Part shown: positions 24,190-32,000 of the stretch, one piece after another
Layout: every line of letters begins with the position of its first letter
How positions within the stretch are numbered: the stretch's first letter is position 1
Assembly: GCA_050944475.1 (NCBI GenBank)
Contig: JBMNRD010000003.1
Coordinates: forward strand, 135,316 to 167,315
DNA from: Lachnospiraceae bacterium
Lineage (GTDB): Bacteria; Bacillota; Clostridia; Lachnospirales; Lachnospiraceae
DNA: 32,000 nucleotides
Direction: 5' to 3'
Translations under genes and position numbers: made by a program
Notes under the pieces: generated by a model
What the model saw: only the letters and a program-made list of their open reading frames with translations
Told to the model about the DNA's origin: nothing
Database searches by the model: none

Positions 24190-24277
24190 CAATCGCACAT
24201 TTGTTTTTGCCTCTGTGGTGTACGCCTGGTGTCAATTGGTATACGAATTGGTGTACGAGGCAGAATTTTAACTATTT

Positions 24278-26203
24278 TTAATACAGCTTTGCGCCTGCCG
24301 GAATATGAGGATCTACCATCAACAGATGAAGCTTCTCTTCGCCATTTTCGTTATGAACGGCACTGATCAGCATACCGCAGGAATCGATGCCCATCATCTT
24401 CCTCGGAGGCAGGTTTGTAATCGCAATGCAGGTCTTTCCAACCAGTTCTTCCGGCTCGTAATGTTCGTGGATACCGCTTAAAATCGTCCTTTTTTCGCCC
24501 GAACCGTCATCCAGGGTAAATTTCAGGAGCTTGTCGCTTTTGGGAACCTCTTCGCAGTTTAATACCTTCACAACTCTGAAATCAGATTTTGAAAAAGTCT
24601 CAAAATCCACCATATCTTCAAACAACGGCTCAACTTTTACCTTGGAAAAATCAATCTTTTCCGGTTCGGCTTTTGGTGCAGCTTCCCCGGAAACCGCCTC
24701 AGGGCTTGCACTGCTTTCTTCCTTTGCACCATCCAGCGACTTCATCGTCGGGAACAGCAACACATCCCTGATTGCCGATGAATCGGTCAGCAGCATGCAC
24801 AATCTGTCGATGCCGTAGCCGATGCCTCCCGTCGGCGGCATGCCGACTTCAAGGGCGTTCAGGAAATCTTCGTCTGTTTTCTGAGCTTCTTCATCGCCTG
24901 CCTCTGCGTTGGCATCCTGATGAGCGAAACGCTCGCGCTGGTCAATCGGGTCATTCAGCTCGGAGTAAGCATTTGCCATTTCCCAGCCGTTGATAAACAA
25001 CTCAAAGCGTTCTACATAGTCCGGATTACCCGGGCTTTTCTTGGCCAGCGGAGATATTTCGATCGGATGGTCAATTACAAAGGTCGGCTGAATCAGGTTG
25101 TCCTCTGCGAATTCGTCAAAGAACAGACCCAGAATGTCTCCCTTCTTATGGTGCTTCTCGTACTCAATGTTATGCTTGTCGGCCAGGGCTTTTGCCTGCT
25201 CCGAAGTCTCCACTTCGTTCCAGTCAATGCCTGAATATTTTTTAACCGCATCGACCATGGTGATGCATTCGAACGGCTTGCCGAGATCAATCTCCACACC
25301 GTTATATTCAAACTTAGTGGTGCCGAGAACCTCCTGTGCCACGTGGCGGAACATTTCTTCTGTCAGCTCCATCATGCCATGGTAATCGGTGTAGGCCTGA
25401 TAAAGCTCCATCAAAGTAAACTCGGGATTGTGACGGGCGTCAACTCCCTCGTTTCTGAATACCCTGCCAATCTCATAAACCCTCTCAAGACCTCCTACAA
25501 TAAGCCTCTTCAGATAAAGCTCAAGAGAAATACGAAGCTTGAATTCCTCGCCGAGGGCATTGGAATGCGTAAAGAAAGGTCTTGCAGCCGCGCCTCCGGC
25601 ATTTGTCACCAACATTGGGGTTTCAACTTCAATAAAGTTTTTAGTATCAAGATATTTCCTGATTGAGGAAATAATCTTTGACCGCTTGATGAATGTATCC
25701 TTGACATCCGGATTCATAATAAGGTCAACATAACGTTGACGATATCTCATATCGATATCGGTAATGCCGTGGAATTTCTCGGGAAGAATCTGCAGGCTTT
25801 TTGACAGAAGGGTAATCTCCTTGGCATGGACGGAAATCTCCCCTGTCTTGGTGGTAAAAACCACGCCCTTAATACCGATGATGTCGCCGATGTCCCATTT
25901 CCTGAAATCCGCATAAGCTTCTTCGCCCACGTCATCCCTTGTAACGTAAGACTGTATATCGCCCTTGAGGTCGCGAAGGTTGCAAAATGAGGCCTTGCCC
26001 ATAACGCGCTTAAACATCATCCGTCCGGCAATGGTAACCTCCTTGCCCTCTAACTTTGCGTAGTTTTCCTTAATATCGGTGCTATGTGTATCCGGATTGT
26101 ATTTAGTAATTAAAAAGGGATCCTTGCCCGCTTCCTGAAGCTGCACCAGCTTGTCTCTTCTAATCTGTAGTAATCCTCTTACGTCTTGATTCTGCTCTGT
26201 CAT
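24278..26203 (-). CDS. lysS: Lysine--tRNA ligase (class II) with a 149-aa C-terminal extension carrying a Trbp111/EMAPII/MetRS-C-type tRNA-binding OB domain
   Basis: LysRS core: RRDKL..L.E.G.DPF, an OB anticodon domain, [77 protein letters not shown], then LFP.MK. The tail is a Ser/Ala/Pro/Glu linker followed by [75 protein letters not shown]. Confidence 0.95.
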   Translation of the reverse strand: MTEQNQDVRGLLQIRRDKLVQLQEAGKDPFLITKYNPDTHSTDIKENYAKLEGKEVTIAGRMMFKRVMGKASFCNLRDLKGDIQSYVTRDDVGEEAYADFRKWDIGDIIGIKGVVFTTKTGEISVHAKEITLLSKSLQILPEKFHGITDIDMRYRQRYVDLIMNPDVKDTFIKRSKIISSIRKYLDTKNFIEVETPMLVTNAGGAAARPFFTHSNALGEEFKLRISLELYLKRLIVGGLERVYEIGRVFRNEGVDARHNPEFTLMELYQAYTDYHGMMELTEEMFRHVAQEVLGTTKFEYNGVEIDLGKPFECITMVDAVKKYSGIDWNEVETSEQAKALADKHNIEYEKHHKKGDILGLFFDEFAEDNLIQPTFVIDHPIEISPLAKKSPGNPDYVERFELFINGWEMANAYSELNDPIDQRERFAHQDANAEAGDEEAQKTDEDFLNALEVGMPPTGGIGYGIDRLCMLLTDSSAIRDVLLFPTMKSLDGAKEESSASPEAVSGEAAPKAEPEKIDFSKVKVEPLFEDMVDFETFSKSDFRVVKVLNCEEVPKSDKLLKFTLDDGSGEKRTILSGIHEHYEPEELVGKTCIAITNLPPRKMMGIDSCGMLISAVHNENGEEKLHLLMVDPHIPAGAKLY

Positions 26204-26234
26204 TTTTCTTTTCTCTTATCCTCCCTTACACAAA

Positions 26235-26267
26235 TCGGCCGATTCCCCTTGTGTTGAAATCAGCCGA
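26235..26267 (-). terminator. Stem-loop between greA and lysS; possible partial terminator or processing element
   Basis: On the minus strand TCGGCTGATT pairs with AATCGGCCGA (10 bp, one G-U wobble, 13-nt loop) and is followed by TTTGTGT. The pairing is better on the minus (transcribed) strand than on the plus strand. Confidence 0.35.
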
Positions 26268-26293
26268 CCGTCAATAAAACTATACATCAAAAG

Positions 26294-26764
26294 TCAGCCA
26301 ATCCGCTTGACTTTGTATTTCAGTGTCCCGCTGGGAATGGCAACATCAACAAGATCGCCGACCGACTTATTCATGAGAGCCTTGCCTATGGGAGAATCAT
26401 AGGAAATTCTGTTTGTCAGGGAGTTTATCTCCGACTTGTCAACTATATTAAACACAACATCTTTCTTGGAGAGTTTGTCGGTCACGGTAACCTTGCATCC
26501 GATATGAATCTTGGTGTAATCAATGGAACTCTCGTCAAGGATTTCGGCGTTGCTGATGATATTTTCCAGCTCCTCTATTCTTGATTCAACATCCCTCTGC
26601 TCGTCCTTGGCAACATCGTACTCCGCGTTCTCCGCCAAGTCTCCTTGTTCCCGTGCTTCCCTGATTTTCTTCGCAATCTCCTTTCTGGTAACAACCTTAA
26701 GGTGTTCCAGCTCCGCCTCGTATTTAGCCAGGCTTTCTTTTGTCAGTGTTTGTCTTTCAGCCAT
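26294..26764 (-). CDS. greA: Transcription elongation factor GreA
   Basis: The 156-aa protein has the GreA coiled coil (LT.E...KYE.EL..LK...R.EIAKKI.EAREQGDL.ENAEYD.AK.EQ) and the C-terminal globular domain (ISYDSPIGKAL..K.VGD.V.V..P.G...Y.V..I). Confidence 0.95.
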   Translation of the reverse strand: MAERQTLTKESLAKYEAELEHLKVVTRKEIAKKIREAREQGDLAENAEYDVAKDEQRDVESRIEELENIISNAEILDESSIDYTKIHIGCKVTVTDKLSKKDVVFNIVDKSEINSLTNRISYDSPIGKALMNKSVGDLVDVAIPSGTLKYKVKRIG

Positions 26765-26822
26765 TTAATAATCTGCCTTTCAAAACTTCTTTGAGAGTGC
26801 TCACTCAAATAATTTATGTATT

Positions 26823-27785
26823 CTATACCATAGACTGCCATATTGTCAAGATGCGTTCAAAGTCCTCGGCGCTTTCCGCCTTGTTTATCTCCCTGCGCAG
26901 CCACGTTGCTCCGGAAAATCCCATGCAATAATACCCCGCATGCTTTCTCATCTGCCGAACCCCGGATTCTCCCCCGGCAAAGTTCACCATCATTCCCAGA
27001 TGTCTGCGGAGCATTTCCGCCACCTTTAATTTTCCGGGACGGGGAAGCCGCTCTCCGCTTTCAAGATAGGCATTTATTTCCCGAAAAATCCAGGGATTGC
27101 CTCTTGCTGCTCTGGCAACCATGACCCCGTCACAGCCGGTCTCCTCCATCATCCTTGCCGCCTCCGGACCTCCGGTCACATCTCCGTTTCCAATCACGGG
27201 AATGTCCACTGCATCCTTAACCCGTTTAATAATGTCCCAGTCTGCCTTACCGCTGTAATATTCCTCGCGGGTCCTGCCATGCACGGTTATTGCCGCGGCT
27301 CCCGCTTCCCGGGCAACCCTTGCCACCTCAACGGCATTTACGCTCTCTTTGCTGAAGCCCTTGCGGATTTTGACGGTCACCGGCTTGGAAACCGCGTTTG
27401 CCATGGCCTCCACAATCCTGCCGACAAGCAGCGGATTCTTCATCAGGGCGGAGCCCTCGCCGTTATTGACTATCTTGGGCATCGGACAGCCTATGTTAAC
27501 ATCGAAAATATCAAACGGCCCGTCCTCCAGCTTCACTGCCTCCCCGGCCATCAGTTCAGGCTCCGAGCCGAATAACTGCAGCGCCACGGCGTTTTCCTTT
27601 TCGGAAACCGCCGTCAATCGGAAGGAATCGCGGTTATTATAGTAAAGGCCCTTGGCGCTTATCATCTCCGTATATGTAAGGCAGGCACCCTGCTCCGCGC
27701 AGAGTGCCCTGAAGGGCATATCCGTAAATCCGGCCATCGGCCCCAAAACCACCTTGGATTTTAATTCTACATTTCCTATTTTCAC
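26823..27785 (-). CDS. dusB: tRNA-dihydrouridine synthase (DusB-type)
   Basis: LGPMAGFTDMPFRALC, DVNIGCP, ITVHGRTREEYYSGKADWD, IPVIGNGD, and a C-terminal helical domain. The position between coaX and greA is conserved in Firmicutes. Confidence 0.9.
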   Translation of the reverse strand: MKIGNVELKSKVVLGPMAGFTDMPFRALCAEQGACLTYTEMISAKGLYYNNRDSFRLTAVSEKENAVALQLFGSEPELMAGEAVKLEDGPFDIFDVNIGCPMPKIVNNGEGSALMKNPLLVGRIVEAMANAVSKPVTVKIRKGFSKESVNAVEVARVAREAGAAAITVHGRTREEYYSGKADWDIIKRVKDAVDIPVIGNGDVTGGPEAARMMEETGCDGVMVARAARGNPWIFREINAYLESGERLPRPGKLKVAEMLRRHLGMMVNFAGGESGVRQMRKHAGYYCMGFSGATWLRREINKAESAEDFERILTIWQSMV

Positions 27786-27842
27786 TTGTTTTTTTTGTAT
27801 ATTATCCTCAAGTGTTCCGGCACTTGGCCGACCTGTAAATTT

Positions 27843-28610
27843 TCACTTGTTCTTTTCGTAAATCATCCTCAGGCCGTACATGGTCAAGTTCTGCTCAAAA
27901 TAGTCAATCCTGTCCGTTTCCGGGTAAATGAGCCTGGCCAGTCCCCCGGTTGCCACAACCGTAACGTCACCGTGGTTATACTCTTCCTTCAGCCTGTCGA
28001 TTATATACTCTGTCTCGCCTATTTTGCCGTAGAATATGCCGGCTTGCAGGCTGGTGATTGTGTCCTTGCAGATAATTGAACCCGGATTGGCAACCTCAAA
28101 TTCGGGCAGCTTGGCCGTCCCCTCCCACAAAGACCTTGCGGAAAGCATTATCCCCGGACAGGTGACCGCCGACTCAAATATTCCATCCTGAGAAAACAAG
28201 TCAAACTTTGTTGCAGTGCCGTAATCCGCCACGATAACCGGTCCGCCGTATTTTGCAAGACCGGCCACGCCGTTGACTATCCGGTCCGAGCCCACCTCAT
28301 TCGGGTTGGTCTTAACAAGCTTGATTCCCGTCTTCATTCCCGGCTTGACAATCATGGGGGTAATGTTGAGAAATTTTATCATTGCGTTGTTCAGGGAAAA
28401 CATTATGTCCGGAACAACCGTTGAGATAATAACCGCATTGATGTCAGCCCCCTCGTATCCCCTGCTGACAAGAAGATTTATCAAAGAGATTCCCAGCTCA
28501 TCCGAGGTCTTTGTTGAATCGGTCCTGATTCTGAAGGAGCTGATTATCTCATCGTCATTAAAAAGCGCATATTTTATATTTGTATTTCCAACATCTATTG
28601 TCAGCAACAT
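27843..28610 (-). CDS. coaX: Type III pantothenate kinase
   Basis: MLLTIDVGNTNIKYALF, ASKHA-fold blocks (VADYGTATKFD, ATGGLA), 255 aa. Confidence 0.9.
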   Translation of the reverse strand: MLLTIDVGNTNIKYALFNDDEIISSFRIRTDSTKTSDELGISLINLLVSRGYEGADINAVIISTVVPDIMFSLNNAMIKFLNITPMIVKPGMKTGIKLVKTNPNEVGSDRIVNGVAGLAKYGGPVIVADYGTATKFDLFSQDGIFESAVTCPGIMLSARSLWEGTAKLPEFEVANPGSIICKDTITSLQAGIFYGKIGETEYIIDRLKEEYNHGDVTVVATGGLARLIYPETDRIDYFEQNLTMYGLRMIYEKNK

Positions 28611-28619
28611 AGCCTTCTC

Positions 28620-28934
28620 CTATCCCCATACGGCAAGGTAATATTGTTCAAGCTGCTCAAACAACTCTCTCTTTTCGGTCTGCAACTGCTTCACCTTCAA
28701 TCGGCTTCCTATTTCATCAAAATAAAAGTCGTCCTCTACGGCGCTGACCACGATTTGAAGGCTTCCTTCATCGTCAAATTCGAGTATAATAATGCCGCTG
28801 ACCTCGTCAACGAACAGCACGCACATTATCTTCAGCTCATCTTTTATCTGTTTGGGAAGCCCGTCATAAAGCTCGTTCAGATAGAACTTTCGACCATAAT
28901 AGCTGGCTCCGCACAAAATTTTCGGGTTGTCCAT
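28620..28934 (-). CDS. Small conserved hypothetical protein (104 aa); no family recognised with confidence
   Basis: It is an uninterrupted ORF tightly packed between the hydrolase gene (6-nt gap) and coaX (9-nt gap) on the same strand. Codon composition matches its neighbours. Confidence 0.55.
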   Translation of the reverse strand: MDNPKILCGASYYGRKFYLNELYDGLPKQIKDELKIMCVLFVDEVSGIIILEFDDEGSLQIVVSAVEDDFYFDEIGSRLKVKQLQTEKRELFEQLEQYYLAVWG

Positions 28935-28940
28935 TTTTCT

Positions 28941-29927
28941 TTACGGAATGAGATAAAAATATTCATCCCCGATCCATTCCCCGATGCAATTGGGAAAGTA
29001 ACTGCTCATGTCAATATAATTGAAGTAGTAATACGGCCTCGGACGCTCATCCTTTCCCGCAAGAGCGTCTCTTGCAGCCTGAACCGCAAGGTCTCTGGGG
29101 CCTTCCCTGAAAGTGCGAAGCAAAGCCCCGTCCCAGGTCACTGCAAACTGGTTATAGGCAAATACCGCCTCACGCATGCCTCCTTCATTCCTCGCCCTGT
29201 CCAGGATGACATTAGCCACCGCCAGCTGGGTCAGATAGGGACTCCATCCTGTCTCGGCGGAAACGGTGCATGCCAGCAGATAGCCGTCTTCAGCCGAATA
29301 CTCCTCGCCCGGAGAACGACGGCCGCTTATATTATATGCAAGAGCATCGGCGGAATAATCATAATCCCAACTGTCACTGACGTTGTCGTTGTTTATCCCC
29401 CCCGTTCCGGCACCGGGATTTGCCTGCTTCTGTTCTTCCTCAAGCCTTGTGGCTTCCTCGGCGGCAAGACGCTCTTCCTCGGCTATACGCTCTTCTTCAA
29501 GCCTGCGCTCCTCTTCTTCGGCGGCAAGGCGTTCTTCCTCGGCTATACGCTCCTCCTCAAGTCTGCGCTCCTCTTCTTCGGCGGCAAGGCGTTCTTCCTC
29601 GGCTATACGCTCTTCTTCAAGCCTGCGCTCCTCTTCTTCGGCGGCAAGGCGTTCTTCCTCGGCTATACGCTCCTCCTCAAGTCTGCGCTCCTCTTCTTCG
29701 GCGGCAAGGCGTTCTTCCTCGGCTATACGCTCTTCCTCAAGCCTTGCGGCTTCCTCGGCGGCAAGACGCACTGCTTTGGCTACACGTGCTTCCTCAAGTC
29801 TTGCAGCCTCAATAAGTGCTCTATGGGCATCATCCTTCACTCCGGCAATTGTAACCATGGTGAAAACAGAAATTCCCAGCACGAGGGACGTTATAAAAAA
29901 TGTTGTTGTTCGAGTATTCCTTCTCAT
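28941..29927 (-). CDS. Membrane-anchored cell-wall hydrolase (SleB/Hydrolase_2 family) with a repetitive Glu/Arg/Ala coiled-coil stalk
   Basis: It has an N-terminal TM (TTFFITSLVLGISVFTMVTIAGV) and about 4.5 copies of a 20-aa repeat (RLAAEEEERRLEEERIAEEE). The C-terminal domain is SleB-like: LLACTVSAETG..PY..QLAVANVILDRARNEG..REAVFAYNQFAVTWDG. Confidence 0.8.
   Translation of the reverse strand: MRRNTRTTTFFITSLVLGISVFTMVTIAGVKDDAHRALIEAARLEEARVAKAVRLAAEEAARLEEERIAEEERLAAEEEERRLEEERIAEEERLAAEEEERRLEEERIAEEERLAAEEEERRLEEERIAEEERLAAEEEERRLEEERIAEEERLAAEEATRLEEEQKQANPGAGTGGINNDNVSDSWDYDYSADALAYNISGRRSPGEEYSAEDGYLLACTVSAETGWSPYLTQLAVANVILDRARNEGGMREAVFAYNQFAVTWDGALLRTFREGPRDLAVQAARDALAGKDERPRPYYYFNYIDMSSYFPNCIGEWIGDEYFYLIP
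29435..29770. repeat. Tandem 60-nt coding repeat array with 120-nt higher-order periodicity
   Basis: Units at 29461-29520, 29521-29580, 29581-29640 and 29641-29700, plus a partial unit. 29521-29580 and 29641-29700 are 60/60 identical. Alternate units differ at 3 positions. The array is bracketed by a 38-nt direct repeat (29435-29472 versus 29733-29770, 1 mismatch). Confidence 0.9.
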
Positions 29928-29990
29928 TAACGCAATTAAACGCAGTTTTAAAATTATTTTAAAATTGTTACGAAATTGTTACAGAAAAAT

Positions 29991-30019
29991 ATTATAAACT
30001 ATCAGTCCACCTATGTCAA
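29991..30019 (-). promoter_or_regulatory. Consensus sigA promoter upstream of the cell-wall hydrolase/coaX/dusB/greA/lysS gene string
   Basis: On the minus strand: TTGACA (reverse complement of 30014-30019), 17 nt, TATAAT (reverse complement of 29991-29996). It lies about 60 nt upstream of the ATG at 29927. Confidence 0.55.
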
Positions 30020-30065
30020 TCCCCGCGGAAACCTGAAAAAAGGGATTATATGCGAACATGAAACG

Positions 30066-30842
30066 TTACTCCGCGCCTTGCCTTAACAGATTGTACATCA
30101 GCACTGCGGCGCTGACAGCGGCATTGAGGGATTCCACCTTCCCTTTCATCGGAATGCGTACACGCAAATCCGCTGCCGCCGCTGCCTCGCAGCTAACGCC
30201 GTCAACCTCATTTCCTATAACGATAGCATTTGCCCGTCCGTATGCGGCTTTATCATATTCCGTTGAGCCGTTAAGCGTGGCCGCGCATACCGTCACCCCC
30301 AGCGCCTGCAGCCTTTTTATCGCACTTAAAGTGTCCTCAATCAAAAACGGCACCCGGAAGATGCTTCCCATAGTGGAGCGTATTACCTTGGGGTTAAATA
30401 TGTCCACGCAGGTGCCGCTCATGATTACACCGGCGCCTGCAGCCTCTGCGGTACGGATAATTGTTCCTAAATTTCCCGGGTCGCGGATATCGTCAAGAAT
30501 CACATATAAACCAAGTCCCGCAAGGGATTCCGGAGTATATACGGGCCGGCGGACAACCGCCATTATCCCCTGGGGATTAATCGTGTCTGAAAGACTTTTG
30601 AACACATCATCGGCAATCACCTCAAACGAATCTCCGCCCATAAATTCACAAAGGCTGCCCGCGCCCTCCCGCTGCCGCACATAGGAGTGTGACATGTAGA
30701 CACCCTCTATCATTTCAAAAGGAGCCTCCGCAACAAGTTTTGCTCCTTCAATAACGAACAAACCCTGTTTTGCCCGGGCACGGGCCGAGTCCGTAAGCTG
30801 ACGAATCTTCTTGATTTTCGCATTGCCTTTTGAAGTAATCAT
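30066..30842 (-). CDS. TrmH/SpoU-family RNA 2'-O-methyltransferase (RlmB-like)
   Basis: LFVIEGAKLV, VILDDIRDPGNLGTIIRTAEAAGAGVIM, AIVIGNEVDGVS, IPMKGKVESLNAAVSAAVLMY (SpoU motifs 1-3). The start is placed at ATG 30842, 2 nt after the dnaE stop. The longer ORF-track model overlaps dnaE in another frame. Confidence 0.85.
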   Translation of the reverse strand: MITSKGNAKIKKIRQLTDSARARAKQGLFVIEGAKLVAEAPFEMIEGVYMSHSYVRQREGAGSLCEFMGGDSFEVIADDVFKSLSDTINPQGIMAVVRRPVYTPESLAGLGLYVILDDIRDPGNLGTIIRTAEAAGAGVIMSGTCVDIFNPKVIRSTMGSIFRVPFLIEDTLSAIKRLQALGVTVCAATLNGSTEYDKAAYGRANAIVIGNEVDGVSCEAAAAADLRVRIPMKGKVESLNAAVSAAVLMYNLLRQGAE

Positions 30843-30844
30843 GC

Positions 30845-32000
30845 CTATGCCTTCTTGTATGTCAGTGCTACGTTTCCCTTTCCGTAACGGGCCTTCAGCA
30901 CCGCGAGCACTTTCTCGGATGTGGATATGTTGTAGCGTGTTTCCATAACCTTGGTTTGCTTTTCTTCCCCGAGATATATTACTATCTCGCCGTCTCCGGC
31001 CATCTCCGGCAGCGATGAAAGACCGGTAATATATTTTTCTTCCGAAACGTATGCCCCGTAATTTCTCAGTTTTATCCAGACTTGTCTGCCGATGGAGTTG
31101 AAACTCAACATGACTTCGGCAATCAGCTTGGCATCCTCTTCCTCGGTAGCCGACACCCTGCCCTTCACCAACACCTTGCTGCCCTCGAATATCAACGGAC
31201 GATTTTCCAGATAATTTTTGGGAAATACTATCATTTCCAAACTGCCCACAAGGTCCTCTAAAGTCACAAAAGCCATCGGCTGACCGTTCTTGGCGGTCTT
31301 GTTTGTTACCTTGGAAATAATACCGCCCACACATACTCTGTCCTGATCCTTGACGGCCACGCTGCCCGCCTCGTCTATGATAAAGTCGGCAGTCTTTGCG
31401 GTGACGTTTTTATCAATGATATCGAGGTAGCCGTCCAGAGGATGACCGCTTATGTATATTCCGGTAACGTCTTTTTCAAAATTCAAAAGCGTCTCCCTGT
31501 CAAACTCTCCCACATCAGGGGTCTTTGTCCTGAAAGCGTCCTTTACCGAATCATCCGCTATATCGAACAATGTCATCTGGCCGCTCATAGCGGATTTTTT
31601 GTCCTTATTTACCTCATCCAGCACATCCATGTAAATGTGAATCAGCTGCTTTCTTGTTAGGCCGAAGCAGTCCATTGCTCCCGCCTTGATAAGGCTCTCA
31701 ACAAGTCTTTTGTTGATATCTTTGTCCGCAAGTCTTACAGCGAAATCGTACATATCCTTATACGGCCCCGCGTATTCCCTTTCCTCCACAATGGCATCAA
31801 TAATGCTGCGGCCGACACCCTTAATGGCGGACAAGCCGTATCGTATTGAGTTTCCGCTTACCATAAAACCGCCGACCGCTTCATTAATGTCCGGGGGCAG
31901 GATATCTATATTCAGTCCCTTACAGACATTAATGTATTCACTGAGTTTGTCCAGTCTGTCCATAACCGATGTCATCAACGAAGCCATAAACTCTGCCGGG
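30845..32000 (-). CDS. dnaE: DNA polymerase III alpha subunit (DnaE-type), C-terminal part; the gene continues beyond the right window edge
   Basis: The frame is open to the window edge (..PAEFMASLMTS.., the DnaE YPAEFMAALL motif). This is followed by GI.ILPPDINE, the HhH region (YGLSAIKGVGRSIIDAIVEER) and a C-terminal OB fold (VCVGGIISKVTNKTAKNGQPMAFVTLEDLVGSLEMIVFP). Confidence 0.9.
   Translation of the reverse strand, partial: PAEFMASLMTSVMDRLDKLSEYINVCKGLNIDILPPDINEAVGGFMVSGNSIRYGLSAIKGVGRSIIDAIVEEREYAGPYKDMYDFAVRLADKDINKRLVESLIKAGAMDCFGLTRKQLIHIYMDVLDEVNKDKKSAMSGQMTLFDIADDSVKDAFRTKTPDVGEFDRETLLNFEKDVTGIYISGHPLDGYLDIIDKNVTAKTADFIIDEAGSVAVKDQDRVCVGGIISKVTNKTAKNGQPMAFVTLEDLVGSLEMIVFPKNYLENRPLIFEGSKVLVKGRVSATEEEDAKLIAEVMLSFNSIGRQVWIKLRNYGAYVSEEKYITGLSSLPEMAGDGEIVIYLGEEKQTKVMETRYNISTSEKVLAVLKARYGKGNVALTYKKA

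Noticed and set aside
29435-29770. Regular 60-nt periodicity that could be mistaken for a CRISPR array
   Set aside because: The units are contiguous with no unique spacers, are not palindromic, lie wholly inside a coding frame, and translate to a 20-aa protein repeat. No cas genes are present.
28644-29997. Three long plus-strand ORFs (428, 204 and 131 aa) overlapping the cell-wall hydrolase gene
   Set aside because: They are kept open only by the low-complexity GAA/GAG-rich tandem repeat read in antisense. Their products are monotonous Ser/Leu/Phe/Gly/Lys strings with no RBS or domain. The minus-strand frame has a TM helix, a coiled coil and a recognisable SleB domain.
30843-31334. N-terminal 164-aa extension of the ORF-track model 30066..31334
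   Set aside because: It overlaps the dnaE C-terminus in a different frame and translates to Arg/Gly-rich nonsense. The methyltransferase homology begins at the ATG at 30842, immediately after the dnaE stop.

Overview
This 32-kb window looks like it comes from a Clostridia-type Firmicute. The evidence is AGGAGG-type ribosome-binding sites (RBS), a SleB-like hydrolase, and coaX-dusB-greA-lysS synteny. A decayed IS256-family element (22721-23914) separates two compositionally different parts.

LEFT (1-22720) is AT-rich; hand-sampled 60-nt lines give 30-42% GC. It is an accessory catabolic island containing:
- a truncated BKACE-family gene, divergent from a PucR-family regulator;
- a small IS30-like HTH orphan;
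- a five-gene minus-strand operon: amidohydrolase-superfamily protein, PIG-L/GalB-like protein, RraA-fold protein, PhtD-like protein, alpha/beta hydrolase;
- two paralogous M29 (aminopeptidase T)/NicX-like genes bracketing a complete five-component Opp/Dpp-type ABC importer;
- a two-TM membrane protein;
- a second RraA-fold gene;
- a heavily decayed iorA pseudogene;
- a second alpha/beta hydrolase paralogue;
- a LysR regulator;
- a LeuCD-like aconitase-family hydro-lyase pair with a degenerate small-subunit motif.

RIGHT (24278-32000) is GC-richer; sampled lines are mostly 50-62% GC, with one at 37%. It is core housekeeping, all on the minus strand: dnaE (partial), a TrmH-family RNA methyltransferase, a SleB-like cell-wall hydrolase with a 60-nt tandem-repeat coiled coil, a small conserved protein, coaX, dusB, greA, and a lysS carrying a C-terminal tRNA-binding-domain extension.

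I found no rRNA, tRNA or CRISPR. The best candidate for an undescribed system is the island. Its enzyme families recall the lower protocatechuate-4,5-cleavage/gallate and NicX/NicD ring-cleavage modules, three families are duplicated, and it is wired to a peptide/opine-type importer. No recognisable LigAB/GalA-type dioxygenase is present. All functional assignments rest on motif recognition by eye, and none has been confirmed by a database search.
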